A stretch of 64,000 nt of DNA, taken from the NCBI GenBank assembly GCA_964016885.1, contig OZ024740.1, positions 219,914,001 through 219,978,000 of the forward strand, given 5' to 3'. The notes under the pieces were generated by a model. It was not told the origin of the DNA. It saw only the letters and a program-made list of their open reading frames with translations, and made no database searches. Below, piece after piece: positions 26,234 to 39,442 of this stretch (positions are counted from its first letter, which is position 1; each line of letters opens with the position of its first letter). The stretch comes from Eledone cirrhosa (lineage: Eukaryota). The translations under genes and the position numbers were made by a program.

Positions 26234-27183
26234 CTAGCAGTAAAGCCCGGTGTTGCTCGGGGTCGCTCAGTAGCTGTGTTAAAGTTACAATGTTAAGTTT
26301 CTTTCTTGGCTTAAAAACTGTAGTGTCTACTGTGCAGACTTGCATGTGGTGTTTTTGATTAATATTCCCTCAACCAACAATATGCCTTATGAAGTTAAGA
26401 AAACATAACGATAACCCGAATGTTATAACAAAAGAGGATGCTGGGGATAGAAACTGCACTGGTTATTTATTAACAAAGATCGAAAATGTAAACACTGCAA
26501 CGCAGAGAAAAACATTAGCGTAACCAAATTATCAGTTATGTCTGTCTGCACGCCTATATCACCTCTCTGCACGACTGTCTGTCTGCACGCCTATATCACC
26601 TCTCTGCACGACTGTCTGTCTGCACGCCTATATCACCTCTCTGCACGACTGTCTGTCTGCACGCCTATATCACCTCTCTGCACGACTGTCTGTCTGCACG
26701 CGTATATCACCTCTCTGCACGACTGTCTGTCTGCACGACTGTCTGTCTGCACGCCTAACGACGAAATATTTGCTTGTTTTACGTAGTCTTTAAATAGACT
26801 TGTTTTCAAGTAAAAATATTGTTTTAAAATGCTTTTAAATGGAAATGAAGCAAAACGGAAGCTTAGTGTTCGAACTGATGAATTTTGCAGGTCAATATTT
26901 TGCTGGCTCGACAACTGTTCGTGTATTGTAATTTTTTACGTAAGACGCTCAATGTAAACAGAACAAAGGGAAATAACTGATAACTTACGCTCAAAAATCG
27001 ATACATTATATTCGATTTCGTCACATAGGGTGGGTCAATTTGAAATATTTTTTTTCCGATGTCTTCGCTAGGGCTCAATGTACAAGTATAGCAATTTCAG
27101 TGCAATTCCGTGAGAGATTCTAAGAGGAGATGTGTGCCAAAAATCGATAGACAGACAGACAACCACAGTTTTATATATATAGA
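26234..27183 (-). mobile_element. Non-autonomous Helitron-like element (950 bp)
   Basis: Minus strand reads A|TCTATATATATAAAAC...(CTGT)n...CCCGAGCAACACCGGG (hairpin) CTTTACTGCTAG|T. This gives 5' TC, 3' CTAG, an A|T target and no TSD. Confidence 0.8.
26539..26756. repeat. 37-bp minisatellite (ctgtctgtctgcacgcctatatcacctctctgcacga), about 5 copies plus partial, inside the Helitron
   Basis: Near-identical units recur at a 37-nt period (26551, 26588, 26625, 26662, 26699) with no unique spacers. Confidence 0.95.
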
Positions 27184-27529
27184 TATATATATATTGAAAA
27201 TAAAGCGAGGAGTTATGGCCATTTCACAGACAGGTGGTTAACATAGAGTGATGATTTTGTTACCCTCCTCAGTAAACCATGAATCTACTGAACCATCTAT
27301 TATATATACATATTTGAATTGAATATACATAAACTGAATTGAATTAGCAGCTTTCTTTTTGATTACAGAAAATAGTCTTATAACAGGGCATATAAACCCC
27401 CGTAACAGAAGAAAAAAGGGTATCAGCACATGTGGGAATCAAACCCACATCTCATATTCGTGATAAGTGTGCTAGCTGATTACTTTTTCCAATTCCAATC
27501 CCCACCATCTTCTAAATCACACGTGATTT

Positions 27530-27566
<37 letters not shown>

Positions 27567-28203
27567 TGTGTGTGTGTAAGTGTGTGTGAGTGCGTGAGTG
27601 AGTGTGTGTGTGTGTATATATATATATATGTATAGATCAGCATTTATTATGGCAATCTCTATATAAGAAACCATTATAGCAATCTCTATAAATAACTTAG
27701 TAAGAGTGTTTGGCGACCGTAAGATCATAAGTTTGATTCTTAGACCAAGTAGCACTTTTTGTCCTTCAGCAAGACACTTTATTTTATGTTACTCTGCCTA
27801 GGTGGCAAAAATGAGTTGTATCTGTAATTCAAGGTGCCAGCCTTGTCCCATGATGGGTCATGATAAATCTTCCTGGGACCACTGTTAAGAATGTATGTGT
27901 CTGTGGAATGCTCAGCCACAAACACATTAATCTCATGAGCAGACAGTTTCAGTCATTGAAAGAACAGGAGCACTCATTGTCAGAAACTATAAAAGTGTAA
28001 CACTACACACACCATCATCATCATCATCATTGTTTAATATCCATCTGCCATGCTAGCATGGGTAGGACAAGCTGTCCCTTTGTGAGGGATCAGGTCGGAG
28101 GACTGTGATTCACTCATACATGACTGATTTTTGCTTTGTTTCTATGGCTCGATGGCCTTCCTAACACCCATATATAAATATATATATATATATACACACA
28201 CAA

Positions 28204-28308
<105 letters not shown>

Positions 28309-29429
28309 ACATATGCATATATTATATAACTAGTGATTATTTTACCAAAAGGATGAATAACCCTGGTGTAATTTGAATATTTAAAAAATAGTGAGACAGG
28401 TTTAAATAATGTGAGGTACTTAATCCCAAAAAGCTATTATTTCTGCCAACAACATTATCCCCTCAAAACCCAAATTTTTAAGTAAACCAGGTCAGCTGTA
28501 TAATATGATTTTTACAGGGTCACAACATTGCTAGGGTGTGTATGTTTACTATAAGGAATTATATATTCTACTTTTGAAAGATAGCCCAATAGATTTTTTC
28601 AGGTTTTTCTTTATGTTTAAGGTTAAGTGTTTTCAGTACAACTACTTGATTACCAAGATAAGACACTATTAAAGCCACTTTGTCCTACTTAAATGATAAT
28701 GTTTTTTAAAGGGGTGTTGCTCCTATTTCTTCAATAAACATAGCATTGGATAACAGAAAAATAATGATGTCTTACACTGGCATGAAAACCACTTATTTAG
28801 AAAAAGAAATATAGTTGGTGTAACCCTCTCTAACAAAAGAAATAAAACTTACTGCTCATGATTTTCGAATATTTTTTTTTAATAATCAAGAATTTGTAGC
28901 AATTTAGTAATGTAACTAACTTCCTCATTATTTGTTTGTTTGGAACAAAACTTAACAGAGGTTCTTACATAAAATTATAATTGAAGTTTTTTAGATAAAT
29001 ATAAATACAATATAACAAGCTGTTTGGCATTAAATCCAGTGCTCAGCTAGTACTTTTGTGTTTGACCTCTGAAGGTTGACAAGAAAAGTTGACCTTGTTG
29101 GAGATTGAACTTGGAATGTAAAAGGACATAACTAAATATTGCCACTCAACTGATTCTACCACTTAACAGCCTAATAGAAATATTGACCCTTTTGATACTA
29201 AACTGCCCCTGGCTCTATGATACAGGGCTGTTTATTGTGAAGTGATTATATTTATTTTAAAATCTCCATCATAATTTTAGGCAAGACACTTTGTTAAGTT
29301 ATGCTCCAAACACCAATCTAGAAAAAAATTATTTTACTAAATCCCTCTAAATTCTTAATTATCTTCAAAATGATTTGAAAATTATAAGCAACGTCTTTCA
29401 TGAGAAATATAGTAATAAAATGATTAATA

Positions 29430-29950
29430 TATAAATGTGAATGCATGTATGTTTTAAGTTGTAAATCAGTTTTGCACCTAGATAGCTGAAATTTTGCATA
29501 GAAGCACATTTTTTCAAGTAAAAGATCATAGGTTTTTATTTATATCTTCTTTTTTTAGCTTCAGATAAAAAACTAAGAACATCGTATATCCCCAAGCACT
29601 CAAATAGGCATTGAGAGAATGAACTAATCAGGAAAATACTTAATTTAGAGTAATAATATAAATAAGAATAAAGTTCTGAAAAAAAAAACGTTTTCTAAGA
29701 AAATGTTTAAAATGTAAGAGTAAAATAATATTTTAGGTCCTGTATTTGTTCTTTATTTTTAGCACATTTTTTATGAAGCTTAATTTGAACCATCTAATAG
29801 ATGGTGTGGTTGCAAAGATTCTGAGTGAATTAACATTAACGTAACTATTGAGGATTCTCTGCATCTTTATCCAAAATATACTGAATTCATCTGATTATAT
29901 TTATTTTAAGTATTAATAAAACCCAGGCAAGTCTGGGTATGGCTGATAGT
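29430..29950 (+). mobile_element. Degraded Helitron-like element
   Basis: A 3' hairpin acccaggcaagtctgggt is followed by a decayed CTAG-type end (gctgatagt). The 5' boundary is approximate. Confidence 0.4.
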
Positions 29951-30409
29951 ATAGAACAAGGGTCAGTAAATATTTTTGGAGGTAGGCCAGATTGGAAATG
30001 TTGTTAAGTTTTGTAAACCAGGTATAAAAACAGCCTGTTTTTTTTTATTTGTTTAATATTTTCCATTTTAAACAATTACCATAGAATAAAGTAAATGTTT
30101 TCCACAAATGTGGTTGGTGCTAGGAAGGGCATCCAGCCATAGAAACCAAGTCAGAAACAATGCCGAATGAGCAAGACATGGTCACCTGACCTAACTTGTC
30201 TCAAATGTGGACAACTCATTTAACCCATGCTAGTGTGGAAATATGACCATTAAACAGTGATGATGATGATGATATAAAATATAACCAAAAGATCAGGCAT
30301 TTCTTAATTCCATAACATTGTTTAATTACATTAAAATCTCACATCTAGGCAGACTTTCATTTTTTTTACCAAGTGAAGAAATCTCACTAATTATTATTAT
30401 TATTATTAT

Positions 30410-30697
30410 GCTCTGAGTTCAAATCCCGCCGAGGTTAACTTTGCCTTTCATCCTTACGGGGTCGATAAAATAAAGTACCAGTAATGCACTGAGTAATTGC
30501 TGACCTTGTGCCAAAAGTAGAAACAATTATTATTATTATTATTATTTTGGCAGTACCGATAATCCTGCCAGGGTTAGATTTGCTTTCATTCTTATGGAGT
30601 CAATAAAATAAAGTACCTGTAATGCACTGGGGTTGATTTAATTGACTTTTCCCTCCCCACAAAATTGTTGGCTTTGTGGCTAAATCAGAAACTATTA
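30410..30697 (+). mobile_element. Two tandem SINE family A copies (truncated/deleted) with (ATT)n
   Basis: gagttcaaatcccgccgagg...gccaaaagtagaaacaattattatt, followed by a second diverged copy. Confidence 0.85.
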
Positions 30698-30873
30698 TTT
30701 GTATAAAACACTGATTTATTTGTGGCTAAAGCCAAAATGAGACCTTTTTATGACTTGCCGACATATGGTATAAAATATATAGATAAATAACTATGCCCAT
30801 CTCTAAAATTTCAGTAAGATAATTGTTAAACATTACCACAACACAATACTATTATTAATAAATCTTCTCTTAC

Positions 30874-31390
30874 CTTTCTGAAGAATTCAAGAGTTCATTT
30901 GCTTTTGTGTCTTCAAAAGATAAAGACCGAGAAACTGCTCTGGTAGATGTTGAATGTTTTTTATAACTAGAAAGATCTGGGGTTGAGTTTTCTTTATTCA
31001 AATTCCCTAAACTTGGCTCATGTGTGAAATTATTCAAAATAGTGTCTTCTGTTTTAGATTCAAAGCTACTGTCTTTCTTCAAAATTCCTCGAGGTTCACC
31101 ATTCTGTTCTTTTATAAGCATACTTTTATGCTCTTTTGTTTTTATTTGTGCAACTGTTGTTGTTTGAACAATCCCAATGTCAGATGATTTGGTACTAAGT
31201 TTATGTGACTCCTGGTACTTTGTTTCTTTTGATTTTAAGACACTTTTACTTTCTATTTCTGTATTACTTCTGCTCAAACCAATTTTGGCAGTGCTTTTTA
31301 TTTCTTTATCAAAATGTTTAATTGAATCAACTGCTTGTATATTATTCCTGTTGTCCAAATTACTTTCAATGTCAGCCATTTTCAAAATTT
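30874..31390 (-). CDS. SVIL: Supervillin-like large exon (EILKMADIES...RGILKK...NSSE), phase 1/2, S/K/E-rich
   Basis: Acceptor ttcttccttttttag|AA and donor GAAAG|gtaaga. This is a 517-nt open frame in AT-rich DNA, with phases compatible on both sides. Confidence 0.8.
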
Positions 31391-31539
31391 CTAAAAAAGG
31401 AAGAAAAATTAAATAAATAAACATTTATTGAAAAAATAGTTTACAAAATTATTTTCATATCTGCAAAACTTTTCTATAAAGATAAAAAGTTTATATTTTA
31501 AACACTCTTAAAATGTTTTTCAACAAAAATATAATAAAC

Positions 31540-31860
31540 AATGAATACTAGTAAAATATAACTTTGATCTGGAGAAAGAGTGGCAAAGAATGTGGAATGA
31601 TTACAAATTTGCCAACCAAGACCTCCTCCACATCTAAACCAGCCGACTTTGACCTTTCTAGAAAGCAATGGGTATCCCTTAATTGGATCCACACAACACA
31701 TACCAAGACAGCCCAGCATGTGACTGTGGGGACCCTGACCAGACAGTGCTGTATGTTGTTTGGGATTGCTCCCTCAGACGTTTTCCCAGCAGCCTGGAAG
31801 CAATCCATAATACTACAAATGATGCCTTAGTCTGGCTCACTAATCTTGATCTGTCTCTCT
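31540..31860 (-). pseudogene. Decayed LINE endonuclease-region fragment
   Basis: Frameshifted TQI-Y-LL-RK / VKV / GEE-like remnants, with raised GC. Confidence 0.45.
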
Positions 31861-32591
31861 AACCATTGTACATACAAAAGGAAAAAGAAGTAGAATATAG
31901 AGTATGTATGTATAATGTATAGGCATAACTTAACATGTTATCTGTTTAAGATCTGTAACCCATCATAGCATGGTTCTGTTATCTGTTTAAGATGTGTAAC
32001 TCATAATAGCTTGGTTCAGTTAGATCAGAAGAACAGCATATTTTCATGCATTCTGATCTAACAGATCATATCCAATTGCTAATGGTCCCTCACTTCACTG
32101 CTCAAGCAACTCTATCAAAATTCATAACAGATTAGTCTAATTTATTTTGGGAGGTGGAGAAGAGAAAAATATTTCTTTTGTTTCTGTAAAACCAGTAGTT
32201 CGTTAAACACATAATCATTTTGTTGTTAGTAGATCTCCATTCAATACTCAAGTCACCTGAAAAACCAAACTTATCTACTTCTTGCAGTAAAAATCACACA
32301 ATATTCTGTGTTTAGTTACTGGCTACTTGTAATACCATTAACAATCAAAACAGCTTACATAATTAGTGTTTTAAAAACTGTCAGTTTTACTGTAATACTT
32401 ATAATTGTATTATTTACTTAATATTAATTGCGTGTCTATATAACATGAAACATTTATCTACTCCCTTACATACCAAATATGTCCAAACTATAATAACATC
32501 ATGTTCTTGATAGTATTGTGTTTAGAACCTGCTTATCATCAACTAGTAACATGTTCACATTCAAGATCTAAACAAGTATAATAAAATTTAG

Positions 32592-33082
32592 TTAACCCTT
32601 TCAACCATATTTCTAATGAAAGACACTGCATTTAAATTTCAAATACTATTGAAAATAATCAAGAATTTGGAGGAATTTAATAATATAACAATATTTCTTA
32701 TTATTAACCATTTCATGACTGCATTTCTGAAATACACTATTTCATGAAATACACTATTTAAATTAATTAATGAAGAATTATGAGAGATTTACTAAAATTA
32801 TCATTAAGTATTTAATTACTAAGATAGTAACTTAATGTAAGGTTCTTATATAAAATTTTATTGGAAGATTTTAATTTATATTGGAAACCTTTAAAATGGC
32901 TGGTTTTATTTCATAGAACCAGAGCTGGTTTGGGGCAAGTAGATAACTAAAGGGTTAAGCTGGTTTTCAAAGGATAATTTTATATAAAATTATAATGGAA
33001 GGTTTTTAGGTAAATATAAACATTTAAGTTTTGTATCATAGAACCAGGGACAATTTCAGGGGTGTTGGGATCAAAAGAATTG
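32592..33082. mobile_element. TTAA MITE containing a second related MITE (32704-32958)
   Basis: The inner copy is bounded by TTAA at 32704-32707 and 32955-32958, and the outer sequence resumes colinearly. Confidence 0.7.
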
Positions 33083-33548
33083 ATTAGATAAACCAATATC
33101 TAACATTTCTCAGTTCCAGACAAATTTACGTACAATTGAAGCAAAAGAATATATCAGACTTCCCTTCTTAGCATCAATAACTATATCAGTAAGTATGATT
33201 AGTACTACATTACTGATAATAAAATACATTACAAGCCATTAAAGGCGTCTGTATCTTCTGTATATATATTTTGTATAAATTTCATTTATGCTAAATGTGC
33301 AGACATTTTGATACATGGGAAATCATGTTTTAAAAATTAAATCAGGGAGAAAAAGTTTGAAAGTATCTACCAAATATTCTTCTATCTTAATTAACTTCTA
33401 ATATAAAATCAAACAAGAATGTAAGCACTTTTTTCTTTCTTTTTATGGATAGCAGTTTATTGTCATCATTGTTTTACCACTGGTGGTAACAGTCTGAGCT
33501 CAGATGGGTATATATTATTATCCTATATTATTATTATATATTATTATC

Positions 33549-33705
33549 GGACGCCATGCTTTCCAGCATAGTTACGTCCCTTTACGATCTGAGTTCAAAT
33601 CCCGCCGAGGTTGACTTTGCCTTTCATCCTTACGGGGTCGATAAAATAAAGTACCAGTAATGCACTGGGTAATTGCTGGCCTTGTGCCTAAAGTGGAAAC
33701 AATTA
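33549..33705 (+). mobile_element. 5'-truncated SINE family A
   Basis: Near-identical to the 38437-38622 copy and flanked by attattatc on both sides. Confidence 0.85.
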
Positions 33706-34120
33706 TTATCCTTATATCAAAAAAAGAATTTACTGCATCAGTATCAAAATGTGAAAAACAGTGTTTTCAACATAACTACTACTACTACTGCCTGTTCTGC
33801 CGCTGGCATGTAGAGCAGTAATGAACGTTCTCCACTCCTGTTTGTTTTGGGCCAGCTTCTGTGGGCAACCATTCTGTGCCAGGTGTTCTTTGGCCTTCCT
33901 ATATTCACTCGCCTTCTGGTATCCAGTGAATGTCTGTTCTTGGGAGGCTATCTAGCTCTCTTCTGAGAACATGCCCTATGCACACTTCCATCTTTTGAGA
34001 AGAATTGCTGACATATTATTCTGTTAGCAGCAACCTAGCAATTCCTCATTAGAGATCTTTTCAGCACCTCCCCACACAAAAAAAAATGATGTTTTCAACA
34101 AAAACACATCATTAATTAAT

Positions 34121-34265
34121 TTGCAGCAAAGAGTTACGTCCCTTTATGGTCTGAGTTCAAATCCCGCCGAGGTTAACTTTGCCTTTCATCCTTACGGGGT
34201 CGATAAAATAAAGTACCAGTAATACACTGGGGTAATTGCTGGCCTTGTGCCAAATGTAGAAACAA
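34121..34265 (+). mobile_element. 5'-truncated SINE family A
   Basis: Same body sequence, flanked by attaattaat on both sides. Confidence 0.85.
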
Positions 34266-35659
34266 TTAATTAATATAAAAAATGATCAAATGAAAATTTT
34301 CCCAGTGATCATTTATTTGAAGACCATATTGAGCCTGTTTTTCAAAGCCATATTGATGGCTAATGAAGACAAAAAAATTGTTTTTATCATACACTAATTT
34401 GTGATCATATTCATTATTTTCGAAATATTGAAATGATAGTATAGGAGCAGTGTTTGAAAATAGTCTTGAAAGTTAGTATTATCTAGAAATTTAAAAATAT
34501 TACTGAGATGGATAAAAGGAGAAGCAACTGTGGGAATTATTAGGGAGATTAGGATTGGGTTATAAGTAGATTGAATAATAAAGATGACAGTGCTTGGTAA
34601 CTGAGTATTTCTAACAGATTGACAACAATGAATAGCAAAAGCAAAAAGAGAGAAAAATTAGAAAAAAATGTCATTTCTTTTTTAGGAAAGGAATCTCAGC
34701 TGGAGAGAGAAACCATGCCACAACTAGAATATAAGTGAGATGTAGCCCTTGGTTTCTCTATGAAGACAATAACATTGATTATGCACTGACTTGGTCTGTA
34801 ATGACTGTTTAGACCATGCAAATGTGGAAAAGTGGATGAGAAATGATGATGATGATGAGGGGGGGGGGGGGGGGTGTACAGCTATAGTTTAGACATGGTG
34901 AGTGTATGAAAACTCTTATTCTTTATAGACACAGCTACAACATATGTTTAATGATCTATGGTTAGTATGATTTATACCAAATTTCCCCAAATTTCTTTGG
35001 ACTACCACCTACTTTTAGAGAATATATTTCTTCAAGCATCCCACCCCAAAATTATAAATTGAGAATTAAATATTAATAATAATTTATTTCAAAGCATATA
35101 TTGAATAACTAAAGGTGACAGTTTTATAAACAATAACTACTTGGTACCCTTCATTCTCTTTCTTCCTTCACTCCATGCCTTGCAACAAATTCCTCGATAC
35201 CCCACTCTTGCCTTCCTGTAGACCTCTTGAGTCTTCCGGTAGGACCCACTGGGAGTATCTAGTTTATAGGAACCGGAGATTTAGAGGAGCATTATAAAAA
35301 TCGTGCTTGTGGTGTTTTAGGTTGCCTGGGTGGAGTTTAATAGACACAATTTACTGCTACAGATAATCAGGATATCATTAAAAAAGGTCACACTAACAAG
35401 TTGATATATTAGATTATGCAGAGAGACTGCATATGATAATGTGGTGTCAGTAATGAGGACCAGACAATAATATAATGATGACATGTTAGGAATATTAATG
35501 AAGAAATCCAGTTTGGAAATAAGAAATATATCAAATAGGTTAAATGTCATTTCATGCCTTACTATTCTACATTATCCTATATACTGTATAGAAGAGTCAT
35601 GCACACTATGAATATGTATACCGTAAAATATAAGTTGGTGACAAAGTGCCAAGAATTTT

Positions 35660-35850
35660 AAGTGGGAGGAAGATTTGGTAAGAGGTAGTCCAAGGAAAAC
35701 TTGGACTGAAGTAATAAAAGATGATCTCTGGATGCTGTACTTCACAAAGAAGATGACAAAGGAAAGAAACAAGTGGAAGAACTATGTGCTAGAGAGGGCT
35801 CAGTTAACCCATGCTAGCATGGAAAAAATAATGAACAAAAAAATGATAAT
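35660..35850 (+). pseudogene. RTE LINE 3' fragment
   Basis: RGSPRKTWTEVIKDDL followed by acccatgctagcatggaaaa. Confidence 0.75.
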
Positions 35851-38436
35851 AATTAAAATTCGCAATAAAATAACCCCAGAATTATCTAACAAACACATTT
35901 CAAGAGATACTAGTAACAATGAAACACCAACCACACTACTAAAATAGAAAGAACCTTATAGAAAATATTCCAACACTACAGAAATAAAAAAAAATATATT
36001 TTACAATATGATTAAACAAAAGTAAAGACGAAAATAAACAGAGCTAATAATCCTTCATATTTACACTACACCAAAAAAGAAGAAACATGAGGAAAACACT
36101 ATAGGAAACAATAAGAAGCAGGTGAAAAAACCTACCAGAAATGTATTTGTACTCAACAATCAGATAAAGCATTTCTATGAAATTCGTCATGAACCCCCAG
36201 ATACACAAAGAATTGAATTATATAAACGCCATATAAACATCTTTCTTGTAAACCTTAAACTAACATCATTCTTTTTAGATAAACAAGAAAAATAATATAG
36301 GCAGAAATACACGAACTGTAGAATGTAACAATATGTCATAAATACCCCAAAACACTTATAAATGAAAGAGCCAGTGTAGTCATCATCTTCATCATTCTAA
36401 GTCCACTTTCCAGGCTAGCATTGGTTAGATGAGTCTAAATAAGTTCCTACTGAAATTTACTATCTTTCCTAACATCAACCACTTTACAGAGTGTACTGAA
36501 TGCATTTCAGCATAGCACTAGGAATAGAGAGGTGTTCATGTCCTTAACAAGATTGAAGAGTCATCGTCGTCGCCATTATTGTTGTTGCTGTCACTTCTGT
36601 GACTTTAGTAGTACATTCTCTGTTGCAAGCATTCTCTAGTTTGGGGATAACTTCATCTCTTCCTTCTATTAGTTACAGAAGCACTGAAAAGGGCTACGGG
36701 CACTTCCCTTGCCACCTTAGCTAATTAGATAAAAAATAGTTGCTATTTAATAAAGAGGTTTCCTACATTCCATCTGAATCTCTCAAGAATTTATCCAATT
36801 TTTTAAACTTTTAAACTTCTCTATGTATGATATTCCCACCACCACCAAAAAATTTCCCCCCTAACATTTTATACATCTTTTAATTTTATATTAGATACAG
36901 TTGTACACCAGTTTCAATCATTAAAACACAAACACATACAGATTAAAAGCCACACCAATTAAATCCATTGTTAAATATATTTAAAATACAGACCACTTCA
37001 TAGACTGCATCACCTTTTTGCACACACAAAATACTAATATTTTAGGTACCTCCTACAACACTTAAATGTCACTGAAACAATGCTACACAACGAAACATGA
37101 CCTTAGTATAAATATTAGAAGACATCCTATAAGTATTCAGTAACAGAGCAATTACCAAAATAAGTAAAATATGGCAATAATTTATAAACATGAAATCTAT
37201 CTAGCATTGACTCTGGTAATTTTGTTTGGGTGCATATCATTCTTAGAAGCTACATCTAATAAAGGACCATCTAAAGTAACATTCTTTGCATTATGACAAG
37301 CTGCTATAATCAAATTGCACACCAAGATACTTGATGACATACACAACAAAACTAAAATACCTATATTGAAAGTTTAACTAGACATGTCAAGGCTGCAATC
37401 TATGACTAAAGTCTGTTGTAAATTAGACAGACCCTGAAAACATTCCATAACATTAAGACATTGCTATTCTACATTCACTGCCAATATTATTTCATATAAA
37501 CAAACACAATATAGTAACAGATCAATCCCCTTTCCTTGTCTAAACAACTCTTTATAATAAATTAGTGTATTTTTGCCATCTATAATGATAGAAATAACAT
37601 TGAGTCCAGGCATAAACAATCATGCAAACTGCAAAATTTGAATTTTGATAAATTAATGGTTTGCATAATAAAAACCCTATAGTTTAAGTTGATTACTGAT
37701 AAGTGGTGATTAAAAATAAGAATGATATTTTGATAATTTATTTCTAGGATATAATTACATAAATGTTCAGCATGTATGTACAAATGACATAATGTGATTA
37801 AATGCATGAGTAACCTTGAAGAAATAACTATTTACAGGGACAAATATTGGGTTAGAACCAATGCTGGATTTAGGACAAATGAGGCCCTGTGCTAATTAAG
37901 TTATGAGGCTTCAAACATTCGATAAATTCATTGTAAAAACTTTTTGGTCAGGAAGATTGCCCTCCCCGCTTCACCTGGCCAACAGGGCCCTGTACTTAAG
38001 CACACCTTAGCACAATGGTAAATCTGGCACTGGTTAGAGCCCAGAACTTTGTGATTGGAAAGACTTATTGTAGCCACATGTCTGGCATAGGCAATGTATT
38101 GTGTATGTGTGTGTGCAAATTGTAAAGAGATAGAGATATATATAATCATACAAACACGTAGTTGTTCCTAAAGGATTGAAATTGGCCAAGTAAGTTTTCT
38201 CACCCTCACTGTAATCACAAGCTAAACTTCTAGTGATAATAAGCTAGCCAAGATAGCCAATTGTATGGAACTTACTTCAACTTTCACACTGAATCATTAC
38301 CAAACATTACATGATAGTATTTTGCATTATAGTCATTTAGAGACTATTTCTCTTTTTTCCAGATTTATTTTCACTACATTTTTATGGCTGTATTAGCTTA
38401 TCATTTTCAGGCATATATATATGGCTTTATAATAAT

Positions 38437-38622
38437 TGTTTCTACTTTTGGCACAAGGCCAGCAATTATCCCAGTGTATTGCTGGTACTTTATTTTATCA
38501 ACCCCGTAAGGATGAAAGGCAAAGTCAACCTTGGCGGGATTTGAACTCAGATCGTAAAGGGACGTAACTATGCTGCAAAGCATAGCGTCCGACTCTCTAC
38601 CGATACTGCCAATTCACCGCAC
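38437..38622 (-). mobile_element. SINE family A, full length, with 18-bp TSD
   Basis: TSD atatggctttataataat lies at 38419-38436 and 38623-38640. Confidence 0.9.
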
Positions 38623-38914
38623 ATATGGCTTTATAATAATGTATTGCAATTTGCAGATTTCCAGCACAATTTTAATCAAAAAGTTAAATCAAAAGTTTGA
38701 GTCAAAAGGTTTATAAACTTTTTGATATCAAACTGCCTAAAACCACCCTTGGTCCTACTGTTTATTTTAAAATGTTTATATTTATCTAAAAACCTTCCAT
38801 CATAATTGTATGTAAGAACCTTTAAGTTATTTTCAAATGCCAGATAAATAATGAGAAGTTAATTATTTTACTAAATCACTCAAAATTCATACTGATTCAA
38901 CTACCCCATATATG

Positions 38915-39442
38915 TAATCCTTCTGTAACCATATATATAATGAAATACATTGCCTATGTTTCAATTCATTTTTAAACACAATCAAGAATTTAGAAACGAT
39001 TTAGTAAAATAACCTTTTCATTTACTGATACATTAAACTTCTGATTGGAACACAGCTGGAAAGTTCCTATGTAAAATTTACAATGGAAAGATTAATCTAA
39101 ATATTGAACAGTTTAACCTTTTCAATACGAACCCACCTGAAACCATCCATGGTTCTATGATACAAAACCTCAAGTTTAATGCAATTATATTTAAATTAAT
39201 GCCTTCTATCATAACCTTATACAGAAAACTTTCTTTCAGTTATATTCCAAACAATATCTTTATAATAAAAAAGTTACTTTACAAAATTTCACTGAATTCT
39301 TGCTTATTTTCAAGCTAAATTGAAATAAAAAATATAATTTATTTCACTAGAAATATAGTCTCAAAAGGGTTAAAACAGGTGCTTTTTTTTCTAACAGAGA
39401 ACTGGATGTGGTCACAGGTGCATTGGTTATCAAAAAGGTTAA
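38915..39442. mobile_element. TTAA MITE containing an inverted related MITE (39113-39373)
   Basis: The inner copy reads TTAACCTTTTC...AAAGGGTTAA, and the outer ends tcaaaaaggttaa. Confidence 0.65.

Noticed and set aside
26539-26756. 37-bp repeat array as a CRISPR array
   Set aside because: The units are contiguous with no unique spacers, there are no cas genes, the context is eukaryotic, and the array lies inside a Helitron.
34859-34874. Poly-G run, and the poly-T run at 12748-12779
   Set aside because: These are homopolymers with no associated processed pseudogene or TSD that I could identify.
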